The position numbers were made by a program, and so were the translations under genes. This document shows positions 24,662 to 33,307 of a DNA stretch of 59,219 nt, in pieces. The notes under the pieces are model-generated. The model did not search any database. It worked only from the letters and a program-made list of their open reading frames with translations, and was not told where the DNA came from. The stretch is from IMG/VR virus record IMGVR_UViG_3300050011_000072, positions 1-59,219 of that record; one strand, written 5' to 3'. Position 1 is the stretch's first letter. Each line of letters starts with the position of its first letter. The DNA is from a virus (Duplodnaviria; Caudoviricetes).

Positions 24662-25630
24662 TTAAAACTCCACAATTACGATACCTGGCCCACCATTGCC
24701 GCCGCCTGTAGTGCTACCCGTGATAGCCCCGCCGCCGCCGCCGCCGATACCTCCAGCTGCGGCAGCATACCCTGTTGCCCCGCTGCCGCCGCCGCCGCCG
24801 CCATTGCCTCCAGGCCCACTTCCAGCTGAACCAGCGCCGCCGCCGCCGCCATTGCCGCCTGCTTGTCCCACGCCGATGGAGGATATACCGCCGCCGCCGC
24901 CCGTGAAACTGTCAAAAGGGAATCGCAAGCTTGCGTTTATCGCATTGTCCGTGCCGCCGGTAGTGACGGCCTGTACTCCAGTTATGTCTGGGCCAGCCCC
25001 CGGCCAAGATAGACCGAATGCCGACCCGCCGCCGCTGCCGCCGGCACCACCGCCGACGCCGCCGCCGCCGCCATTGCCACTTACACTGCCAGTTCCATTG
25101 CCGCCATTACCTAGTTGCGAACCAGCGCCGCCGCCGCCGCCAAGTGCCCCACCTCCTCCGCCAGTGCCACCTGTTGCGTGGAAACTCCCGCCAGCACCAG
25201 CGCCCCCAGCGCCACCTGCGCTTGTCGTGCTAACTGAGCCGCCAGTCGCAGATAGATAACTCCCGAAAGACGCCGTACCACCGGACGCCCCACGTGCAGT
25301 TTGACCGGGAACCGTAACTGTGACAACGGTTCCTGCGCTCAAGGGGAAGACCCCTAACGCAAAGCCGCCGCCGCCGCCGCCGCCGCACGCTAATGCTGCA
25401 AGCCCCGAACCGCCCGCCCCGACCACGCGCACCCTTACTCCTGCCGCCGTAACCCACGCCGGTACAGTAAAGGTGCCGCTAGTTGCGAATACTTGGTATC
25501 GTCCTGACCCGAAAATACCTAAGAACCCCGCGCCGACTGTTTGCGACACCGTTATGCCGTTATTGAGCGTAGCTGCAACAAGTGTATTTGTCCCTGTAGG
25601 GTAGGGAAACCCGAATGTTCCGCGTTGCAT
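24662..25630 (-). CDS. Glycine-rich tail fibre protein
   Basis: FATSGTFTVP, VVGAGGSG, GGGGGG runs, ends GGPGIVIVEF. Confidence 0.8.
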   Translation of the reverse strand: MQRGTFGFPYPTGTNTLVAATLNNGITVSQTVGAGFLGIFGSGRYQVFATSGTFTVPAWVTAAGVRVRVVGAGGSGLAALACGGGGGGGFALGVFPLSAGTVVTVTVPGQTARGASGGTASFGSYLSATGGSVSTTSAGGAGGAGAGGSFHATGGTGGGGGALGGGGGAGSQLGNGGNGTGSVSGNGGGGGVGGGAGGSGGGSAFGLSWPGAGPDITGVQAVTTGGTDNAINASLRFPFDSFTGGGGGISSIGVGQAGGNGGGGGAGSAGSGPGGNGGGGGGSGATGYAAAAGGIGGGGGGAITGSTTGGGNGGPGIVIVEF

Positions 25631-26034
25631 TAGTAGCTCCCGCCTTCAACTTGAACGACCACACCCGTTTGCGCAACGCTTAGCACCCCGTAGAGCGTTG
25701 ACCCTGTTGGCATGGCGATAGGAAACAGGTTCGGATTATCGACGGCCTCAAGCGTCTGAATTGTCGAAGCGGTGCCGGCAGCAACCGTCTGCACGGCCAA
25801 CTGAATCTCGGCATACAGGTAATAGACTGCCGATATGACCCGATAGATCAAGAGCGTTCCGGCTATCGTTGTCGCGTTGGGAGCAATCACGATGCGCTCG
25901 ATTTCACCGCCACTTGCGCCGGGGGTAAAGATCGTTGCGCCCGCTGTAGGCGCCGCACGTGTGCCGCCGTTGATCGACGTCAATACCGCTGCGCCTACGG
26001 TCGGTGTACTTGCATAATTTGGTGCGGTTGCCAT
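25630..26034 (-). CDS. Virion structural protein (fibre-associated)
   Basis: Beta-rich, T/A/G-rich, between fibre genes. Confidence 0.6.
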   Translation of the reverse strand: MATAPNYASTPTVGAAVLTSINGGTRAAPTAGATIFTPGASGGEIERIVIAPNATTIAGTLLIYRVISAVYYLYAEIQLAVQTVAAGTASTIQTLEAVDNPNLFPIAMPTGSTLYGVLSVAQTGVVVQVEGGSY

Positions 26035-26043
26035 CGCAATTCC

Positions 26044-27585
26044 TTAGAGTAAATATCCGAGTTGATAAAGTGCTGAATTGAAATTCGCAGTAGCGGCGTT
26101 GACGCCGCTATCGACTAGCGTTCCGGTTATATCGTTGAATGAAGCAAAATTGCTTACTGTGATTGAGCCAGAACCACTAACAGCGGCGACAACACCGGAT
26201 GCCGACGACACTGCCGGGCCTTCTTTGATCGTGCCTGCCGTGTCCGAAAATTCAGCAAGATTATTGGCTACAGTCGCCCCGCTGACAGCCGCCACGGTAC
26301 CGGTATTCGATGATGCATTGGCTAGGGATGCAGTGCCTAACTCGGTGGCCGTGAGTTGAAATTGTGTGCCGTCATAGCGAATCGTGAGAATGTTCCCCGC
26401 GATAATTTCGCCGCCGGTCAATGCGATAGGTCCAGTCGGCCCATCCTTGAAAATGTTCTTTGCGCCAAGTCCGCTAATGGCAATCGTCGTTGCGCCGGTA
26501 TTCGTGTATCCGGCGACGAATGAATAAGCTAACCCTGTCGAATACGCCGCAATTACAGGAACAGGCGTTAACACTTGCGCATTGGCGCTGCCTGTTGATG
26601 TTCCGCACCATACAATTCCGTTGGGCTGATAGACCGCCGACCATACCGCGCCCGCCGCATTGCCGGTCGTAATGCATACCCATATGATTTTTTCGGTTGA
26701 ATCGAAAACCATTGACGGGCTCGCCCCGCCTGATGCCCCTTGATTGCCCGCGACATACCCGTTCGGGTTCCCTGCGTAGACCTGCATCAACGAATTGCGC
26801 GCCCAGACCGCCGCCGCCGCATTGCCGGTCGATGTGCAAAACCACAATGTGCTTTCGGTGGTATCCCAGACCATTGAAGCCATCACCGAACCTGCCGCGC
26901 CCGCAGTTCCTGCGACATTCCCGTTCGGATTGCCCGCATAAACAGAGAACAATCCGCCGAGTTTCGCTTGAATAAACGGCGCACCAGACGCGAGCGTGAT
27001 ATTCCCGCTAACGATGACAGTTTGCCCATAAGCGATAGCCACAACCCATAGCGGAATCCATCCAGAATCTACGGTAGGCGGCGTTTGCGTGCCGGTCGTT
27101 GCCGCTGCACCAGCCTTGATTTGCAAGGCCACCACGCCGCCGCGATTCGTGTTTGTTGCGATGCCGGGCAATGGCATTGTCGGGTTTGCTGCGTTGTAAT
27201 AATTCAGTGCTTGCGGATTGCTGTCCACTTGCTGGAATTGCGCCTCGATTAGAAAGTCTTGCGAATATCCGACCGTGCCGGGCGCCGTGAAAGTAAGCGG
27301 AGTCTCACCGAACAAGATACCCTGCTGCACAATCTGACTGGAATCGGGAGGCAATACGCCGTATGCCGTGCTATCGACTGCGGCAAGTTGGTACAGCGAA
27401 CCCGCGCCGATTTGCGCCTGCATATTGCCGCCAACCGGTGTACAAGCAAGGCCATCCGCATATGTGCCACTACCAAGCAAGGCAAGCAGCGCCATGCCGA
27501 GGCCGACTGTTGCATCTTTGTTGGTGTACAGCAGGTCTTGACTGCGGACTACTGCCCCAACCTGGGTAATTACGCGGTCGCTCAT
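26044..27585 (-). CDS. Tail fibre protein with baseplate-attachment N-terminus
   Basis: YYNAANP, GTQTPP.VDSGW.PLWVV; two YAGNPNG.VAG repeats; NTGATTI...GLGAK.I...YDGTQFQL. Confidence 0.8.
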   Translation of the reverse strand: MSDRVITQVGAVVRSQDLLYTNKDATVGLGMALLALLGSGTYADGLACTPVGGNMQAQIGAGSLYQLAAVDSTAYGVLPPDSSQIVQQGILFGETPLTFTAPGTVGYSQDFLIEAQFQQVDSNPQALNYYNAANPTMPLPGIATNTNRGGVVALQIKAGAAATTGTQTPPTVDSGWIPLWVVAIAYGQTVIVSGNITLASGAPFIQAKLGGLFSVYAGNPNGNVAGTAGAAGSVMASMVWDTTESTLWFCTSTGNAAAAVWARNSLMQVYAGNPNGYVAGNQGASGGASPSMVFDSTEKIIWVCITTGNAAGAVWSAVYQPNGIVWCGTSTGSANAQVLTPVPVIAAYSTGLAYSFVAGYTNTGATTIAISGLGAKNIFKDGPTGPIALTGGEIIAGNILTIRYDGTQFQLTATELGTASLANASSNTGTVAAVSGATVANNLAEFSDTAGTIKEGPAVSSASGVVAAVSGSGSITVSNFASFNDITGTLVDSGVNAATANFNSALYQLGYLL

Positions 27586-27939
27586 CTACCAACTCCGGCA
27601 AGAAAATGGATGCGCCGAACTTGCCGCGTAAATCCAGATTGCCGCAACCGATACCCCGCTTGCCTGTATCGCATTCGGATATGTCGCGCCAGGCGCTACC
27701 GATACCGCCCCGCTACCAAGCGCCCAACTTGCAGGCACGCCAAGGTCATAGACGAGGAGTGCCTCGGTCGCGTGCTGATTCTGGATGAACCAGCCTGAGC
27801 GATTCATGCTCGCCGGTAGAAGTTGTTGCGCCGTGCCGCCCGTCGTGATCGTGCCGGAATAATCGGTAAACAGCCCTGCTTGCGCGTTCGGGATGATTAC
27901 TTGTGGATTCCCATTTCCATCTTGCACCGTCAAAAGCAT
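27586..27939 (-). CDS. Small beta-rich virion protein
   Basis: DYSGTITTGGTAQQLLPA...RSGWFIQN. Confidence 0.65.
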   Translation of the reverse strand: MLLTVQDGNGNPQVIIPNAQAGLFTDYSGTITTGGTAQQLLPASMNRSGWFIQNQHATEALLVYDLGVPASWALGSGAVSVAPGATYPNAIQASGVSVAAIWIYAASSAHPFSCRSW

Positions 27940-28562
27940 GAGATAGCCCCTATAAATTGTGAATTAAGCGGCGAACTGAACGCCACGCTGTTGTTAAGGA
28001 TATCGAGCCACATGACGGTTGCCGCAGGCTTCGCCATATTCGTCCAATTCTGAATATCCGCATCACTCATGCCATTGCCGCGATACGCCACAATCAACGC
28101 CTGATATGGGGAATATCCTGATAATTCTGTATAGGCGCCGGCGACGTCGTAACATGCATATCCAGTGTCATACGCCCCGCTATCGGCCACGCGAAGCGGC
28201 TCAAATATCTTAGGCTTACGCCCCGTCAATTTGAATAGTGTCGAGCATAACCCGCCGCGCGTCGTCCGTTGCGCGAGCAATAAAGCAAGAATCCGCTTTC
28301 TGAAATTTTCGTCAGGCTCCCCGGCATGCCTCTGCAAATTCGCGCCAAAATAATCCTGCGATGCAAGGTCAAGGAAATAATCGGTTGCAGTCCTTATTCG
28401 CGTCTGGATATAGGTGTAAGAGATCAAGCTATACCCGAACGATAGCGCCCATGCTGCGCCATTCAATACCGCGTCAAGTATTGGCGTCGGTTCTTGAAAC
28501 CATCCGTTCGGAATCAACCGTTTCAGACGGTTGACCATGTCCGACTGGTCGCCGGTACTCAT
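27930..28562 (-). CDS. Baseplate wedge protein (P2 gpI-like)
   Basis: QTRIRTATDYFLDL..QDYFG..L.R..GE.D..FR.RI; follows baseplate J. Confidence 0.75.
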   Translation of the reverse strand: MSTGDQSDMVNRLKRLIPNGWFQEPTPILDAVLNGAAWALSFGYSLISYTYIQTRIRTATDYFLDLASQDYFGANLQRHAGEPDENFRKRILALLLAQRTTRGGLCSTLFKLTGRKPKIFEPLRVADSGAYDTGYACYDVAGAYTELSGYSPYQALIVAYRGNGMSDADIQNWTNMAKPAATVMWLDILNNSVAFSSPLNSQFIGAISCF

Positions 28563-29689
28563 GATATTGTCGGAATCCCATTGCATTTAATCACGTTGTA
28601 CGTTGCTGGAACAATATCGACGTTACTGCCATTGAGCGTGAATGCAGACAATGAGACATTTGCTACGCCTGGGACCGCGTACATGATCGGGAAGCATGCT
28701 GTATATTCCAGCGTTGCGCCATTCGGCAAAGTGTTGATGAATTGCTCCAGCGCCGCAGCGACGGCGGCAGTGACGGTAGAATGCACATAGCCGGTCGCAC
28801 TGGTGATTGTGCCGACCACTGTTACATCAAGGATGGTTGGGGATTGCACACTGAAGATACTGCACGTTGGCCTGGCCGCGCTGATTGCCGCCGCTGCCGC
28901 GGTGAGCAACGAAGCGGATGGGGCACCGGAACCATCGTCGACCACCACAAAGAAAGCGCCCAACGTCGGCGTACTTGGATAGACCATGTTTTCGACTAGC
29001 ACCACGTAAAGCCCGGTTTGAATCGCCTTGACTGCCGCAACGATCGCGCCATCGGTGCCGCCTGATAAATTCGTGATGTAAAGCTGAAACCGCGCATCGT
29101 AGGCCGCGTCTGATTCGGCATTTTGCCCATTCGTAAATTCAGAGCCATTCGTCACGGTATCGACACCCGGTATCGGCGTGGTGATAACCGTGATGCTCCC
29201 GGCCAGGACATTCCCGCTTGCACCCGCAACTACCGCCGCAACTGGTAGCGTGGCAGTCGCCGTGCCGCCGGGAATCACATAGCCGGTGTACGATGGACTC
29301 CAAAGCGCATTGGCGGTATTGATGGCAACGGTAAAACTCGTTCCGGCGCCGGTTGAAACCGAAGCCCCCGCATAAATCACACGTTGCGCGGTATAGGTGA
29401 TGCTCGTAAATGTCACGCTCCCGGTCGCAATCACAGCGCCAAGACGCTGGAAATCGAAGTCAGCCATCCAACTATCAAGATCAGGCCCGACGCTCGTAGC
29501 CGCCCGCGTAAGCCCTTGCACTTGCAAGATCATGCCTTGAAGCCAAAGCATCATAAACGAGATTGCCTGCGCGATGGCAAGCAGCACGGACCCGACACCG
29601 AACGTCAGCGGTTGCGTTGAATTGGCTTGGATCGCCGTGACGACATTCGTTTCAACCGTATTAAAATCTTGCGTTTGCAATACTGTCAT
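28559..29689 (-). CDS. Baseplate J/gp47 family protein
   Basis: GSVLLAI, LDSWMADF...R, ATGSVTF, AGASGNV, G.NAESDA.Y..RF, VVVDDGSG. Confidence 0.9.
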   Translation of the reverse strand: MTVLQTQDFNTVETNVVTAIQANSTQPLTFGVGSVLLAIAQAISFMMLWLQGMILQVQGLTRAATSVGPDLDSWMADFDFQRLGAVIATGSVTFTSITYTAQRVIYAGASVSTGAGTSFTVAINTANALWSPSYTGYVIPGGTATATLPVAAVVAGASGNVLAGSITVITTPIPGVDTVTNGSEFTNGQNAESDAAYDARFQLYITNLSGGTDGAIVAAVKAIQTGLYVVLVENMVYPSTPTLGAFFVVVDDGSGAPSASLLTAAAAAISAARPTCSIFSVQSPTILDVTVVGTITSATGYVHSTVTAAVAAALEQFINTLPNGATLEYTACFPIMYAVPGVANVSLSAFTLNGSNVDIVPATYNVIKCNGIPTIS

Positions 29690-30048
29690 GGGGCGACCGT
29701 GAAATTGAGAATTACAGGTTGATTTTGCGTCGCGTACTGTGCCGAAACGTACATGGCTTGGCCGGGTAACTGCGTGACTTGCACTTGCGGAACAGGACTT
29801 GCTGCAACCGATGGCTCAAGCCGCATTTGCGATACCACTTTACGGGATACTGCCGTGGCGCTTGTTGTGCTGCCGATATCTCCCGGCAAACCGCCGCCAT
29901 ATGTCGGCTCTGCAAGATAATCGTTCGTATTCGTCATGAGTCGGCGCAATACTCTTTGTTCGCTCTCGACAATCCCTGTGACGACAAGCAGATCGCCGGT
30001 TGCGGATAGCTGAAGATCGCTGCCGAAGTATTGGCCTACATCGCTCAT
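29686..30048 (-). CDS. Baseplate wedge/sheath initiator (gpW/gp25-like)
   Basis: DLQLSATGDL, QRVLRRLMTN, PTYGGGL. Confidence 0.75.
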   Translation of the reverse strand: MSDVGQYFGSDLQLSATGDLLVVTGIVESEQRVLRRLMTNTNDYLAEPTYGGGLPGDIGSTTSATAVSRKVVSQMRLEPSVAASPVPQVQVTQLPGQAMYVSAQYATQNQPVILNFTVAP

Positions 30049-30596
30049 AGCGAACACCTTGGGAATCTATGTGATGCCGTTGTTATAGTTGCTTCCAGTG
30101 AAGCTAACGCAGCAGGCAAAGCGGCTAATTGCGCTTCAAGCGTGCTGATTTTTTTGACCAATAAATTATAGTCATATTCTGTTTTTATTAGCGCCGTCGC
30201 AAGCTGTAATGCCTGCTGCACAAATGTTGCCGCATTGGTTGACCCAAGCGATACCATTGCCAGCCCCTGTGCTTTTATATATGCAATGGCGCTACCTAAA
30301 TCAGATACCGCCGAAGCCGTCGCACCGACAGTTCCAATTGCCGTCATTGATGCTTGCGATGCCGACATCGTGGCATATAAACCAGTAAGATTTGCAATGT
30401 CATTATAAAGGTTTGTCGCCTGCTGCTGGACTTGCGATAATTCACTTGTTATTGCTGAAATAGTGCCATTCACGGAGCTGACAGCCTGCGTTTTAATTTG
30501 CGTCAGAGATGCGCACGATCCGGCGGCATTTACTCGCTTAGTAAGCGATGTGAAATACTGTAAATTTGCGCTTTCTGAACCTTGTGCAATCGACAT
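30045..30596 (-). CDS. Helical hypothetical protein inserted in the baseplate module
   Basis: 183 aa, A/S/T/Q-rich heptad character. Confidence 0.6.
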   Translation of the reverse strand: MSIAQGSESANLQYFTSLTKRVNAAGSCASLTQIKTQAVSSVNGTISAITSELSQVQQQATNLYNDIANLTGLYATMSASQASMTAIGTVGATASAVSDLGSAIAYIKAQGLAMVSLGSTNAATFVQQALQLATALIKTEYDYNLLVKKISTLEAQLAALPAALASLEATITTASHRFPRCSL

Positions 30597-30604
30597 TATT
30601 GGCC

Positions 30605-31210
30605 TTAATAAATATTAGTTGTAATACCGTCCTGCACTGTGATGGTAAATCCATCAAGCGATGTAAATGTGCCGCTTGCACCGTTATTCACGGTCACATT
30701 ATCGGAAACGTCCAGACTGCCATTTAATGTCGTTTCGGCATTCACAGTTAGCCCATTTACAAAGCTGATTGTCCCTGTGCCATCGCCATTCATAATGATG
30801 GTAGATCCTGCTGCATCATTAAGAGATAACTTCCCGTCATTCGTCAATTTAAAATATGCACCTGATTCATGTACGCACCAGAACTCCCCGGACGGAACCG
30901 GTATGCCTTGCGCATTCACATTCCAAAATCGCCCGACAACGAACCCGCCGCCAGCGCCATCCTCTTGGAATTGCACTTCGCAGCAATCGCCGATATTCGG
31001 AGCACCAAACATGCCCCATCCATTGCCGACCCATTGCGCGGTGATCGGGAGATATCCGGTTAATGTGTTGTCCGGCTGCAGCGCAACCTTGACGGTAGGA
31101 TATGGCGGCCCTGGATTGTAATTTTTCACAATCCCGACGCGACATGCTGCGCGCCCGACATTCGCCATTGCCGCATGCTTGCGTATCATATTGGAAAATG
31201 CGTCCATCAT
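30605..31210 (-). CDS. Baseplate central spike (gpV-like)
   Basis: VKVALQP...TGYLPI..WVGNGWGM..AP.IGD; HESGAYFKLTNDG; beta-helix-like C-terminus. Confidence 0.85.
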   Translation of the reverse strand: MMDAFSNMIRKHAAMANVGRAACRVGIVKNYNPGPPYPTVKVALQPDNTLTGYLPITAQWVGNGWGMFGAPNIGDCCEVQFQEDGAGGGFVVGRFWNVNAQGIPVPSGEFWCVHESGAYFKLTNDGKLSLNDAAGSTIIMNGDGTGTISFVNGLTVNAETTLNGSLDVSDNVTVNNGASGTFTSLDGFTITVQDGITTNIY

Positions 31211-32319
31211 GATATTGTCACCGTCTGCGGTGTTCCAACTTTTGCGCACACATTCATTCTGAACCCATCCTCTAAATTCATGGTGCGCGTGATTGAATCA
31301 ATCGGGTAACTCGTGTCGTATGCCGTGCCGGTTCCGGTTAATTGAATCGGCTGCAAGATGGTCAATGTCTCATCGCCCGGGCATTCAATCTCAATCGGCC
31401 GCTCGTGCGAAACGAACTGCGCAAGCCGCTTATTCACTTCGGATAGCACCATCGCCGGGGTTCCGTTCGGCACGCTCAAAACGAATTGCGCCGGATTACC
31501 GGAAATTTTCATTCCTTTTGGCGTACCCGTTGCCGAACTCGAATGCGTCACCCCGTCGTTTTGCGAGAACGTCTGCACCGTAACTTCAACCCCGCGCGCG
31601 AGCGTGAGATTGTGCCGAGTCTTCAGCGTTACGACGTTTGCGCTTGATATGCTTGTCGCTGTTTCATCGGTAAATTTAACCGGCCATGCCGCGCCGCTGG
31701 CCGCCGGCCCGAAGTAAATACCGTTGCCGATCATGGCGACGATAAAGCCCTCTTGTTGGGCTAGAAACGTCATCACATCCCACTCGGTGCGGTCCTGCAT
31801 CATCATGGCATTGCTGCTGCCGAAATACGTCCCGGCGAGCGTTGACGTACTGGTTATCTGATTCACCGTGAACCCGCGCCCTACCGCCAATTGCGCAATA
31901 ATTTGCGATGATGTTAAATTCGTGAATGCGCCTGAATCAACCTCAACTTTATGGTCGATGAATGCGCTTGTGCCATCCCGCCCGGTGATCGTGATCGTCT
32001 TTTTGCGCCAATCGAAATCGACCAGATCGACAGCACCAGCCAATAGCTGCGTCGGAAAGATTGCCCACGCCTGTTCAACGCCGTCATTCACATAGCCGAC
32101 CCCGATGCTGATCGGGATATTCGTGACGGTTGACCACCAGTTTTTATCGAACTGCGGTGCCTTGCTCAATACCGCGAAATAGGACAACTCGACCGAGAAC
32201 GTGTCAGACGACATGTGCGCGGTGTTCGTCACGGACAATTCCATGCACGGAACCGTCACGCCGTTCAATACCACCGATGGACGCGGGAGCCGCGCTTGCG
32301 GTGCGTTAAGGAGCGACAA
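31207..32319 (-). CDS. Baseplate hub (gpD/late control D-like)
   Basis: DTFSVEL, ITITGRD, TEWD.MTFLAQQEGF, Y.IDSITR. Confidence 0.8.
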   Translation of the reverse strand: MSLLNAPQARLPRPSVVLNGVTVPCMELSVTNTAHMSSDTFSVELSYFAVLSKAPQFDKNWWSTVTNIPISIGVGYVNDGVEQAWAIFPTQLLAGAVDLVDFDWRKKTITITGRDGTSAFIDHKVEVDSGAFTNLTSSQIIAQLAVGRGFTVNQITSTSTLAGTYFGSSNAMMMQDRTEWDVMTFLAQQEGFIVAMIGNGIYFGPAASGAAWPVKFTDETATSISSANVVTLKTRHNLTLARGVEVTVQTFSQNDGVTHSSSATGTPKGMKISGNPAQFVLSVPNGTPAMVLSEVNKRLAQFVSHERPIEIECPGDETLTILQPIQLTGTGTAYDTSYPIDSITRTMNLEDGFRMNVCAKVGTPQTVTIS

Positions 32320-32533
32320 CCACGCCCCCTGATATCGAGTTTGCCGGTAACGACGGAACCGTCAACACCCCTGCGCCTGACTGCAATTGATAGTCGATCA
32401 AGCCATTCGGCCCGCGCACTTGCTGCCAATTCGCCTGCGCAAGTTGATTCCATTGTGTCGCATCGCCGTATTGCGCGAGAGCGATCGCAAACAGATTGCC
32501 GCCATTTACCTGGATTGTGATCGGTGCGGCCAC
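32306..32533 (-). CDS. Tail protein X/LysM-like
   Basis: GNLFAIALAQYGDATQWNQLAQAN. Confidence 0.75.
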   Translation of the reverse strand: MAAPITIQVNGGNLFAIALAQYGDATQWNQLAQANWQQVRGPNGLIDYQLQSGAGVLTVPSLPANSISGGVVVAP

Positions 32534-32534
32534 G

Positions 32535-33305
32535 TCAATCTCCGTTGATGTTGGTTTGCAGATTCGTCAGCGTATTTTGCAATCGCATCGCTGAAAATGC
32601 CGTCGAATAATTCGGTGCGGTCCCGATGTTTCCAATGGCGACATGGACCGGCAATCCGGTTGTCGCTAAGCCTACATCAATGGCGGAGATTGCCCCGGCG
32701 AAAACCGATCCAGATGCCGAATAGGCTGCGCTGATCGCCGATGTAGCGGTATTCGTCAGCACGTTCGCCAACCCGCCAGCATTCAATGCCAGCGATGAAA
32801 TAGGCGACATTGCAGCGGTGATGCTTGGCACATTAAGAGCGGTCGTCTGATCTTGCGCGTCTGCAACTTGCCCATTTATCGCATCGCTTGCGGTATTAGG
32901 CGATGCCGGTGCGCTCACATCGTTATTGCTCAAAATTTCAACGGTGATCGTGTACGGCACTTCGTAGAACTGCATGAACTTCATATCGAACGATTTGACC
33001 AGCACCGTGCGACTATACGAATACCACGTCAGTTCAACCGGCAACCCTTGCTGTACCATTTGATCTAGCAGATTCGCCCGAGTCGTCGCGTCAGCACCAC
33101 GGAACCGCCCCGACCATGTGATCGGACGCGGATCAACGCCCATAGCATCAATGAACCGCTGCCCGCCGATTTGCTTATGAATCGCAAGCAATTGATCGGT
33201 GCCGGAATTTATCTCTTGCGGTATCTCGAAATCAGCAAACGTGACGTCGCCTATCGTCAGGAATACGTCTTGTCCACTTGGATTGCTAACCGTTGATGTA
33301 GACAT
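32535..33305 (-). CDS. Tail tube initiator-like protein
   Basis: FEIP..I, HKQIGG.R.IDAMG, ITWSGRF; directly after the tape measure gene. Confidence 0.7.
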   Translation of the reverse strand: MSTSTVSNPSGQDVFLTIGDVTFADFEIPQEINSGTDQLLAIHKQIGGQRFIDAMGVDPRPITWSGRFRGADATTRANLLDQMVQQGLPVELTWYSYSRTVLVKSFDMKFMQFYEVPYTITVEILSNNDVSAPASPNTASDAINGQVADAQDQTTALNVPSITAAMSPISSLALNAGGLANVLTNTATSAISAAYSASGSVFAGAISAIDVGLATTGLPVHVAIGNIGTAPNYSTAFSAMRLQNTLTNLQTNINGD

Positions 33306-33307
33306 AA

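Noticed and set aside
24662-25630. GCC microsatellites or collagen-like repeat
   Set aside because: They encode ordinary poly-Gly runs of a glycine-rich fibre domain, not Gly-X-Y
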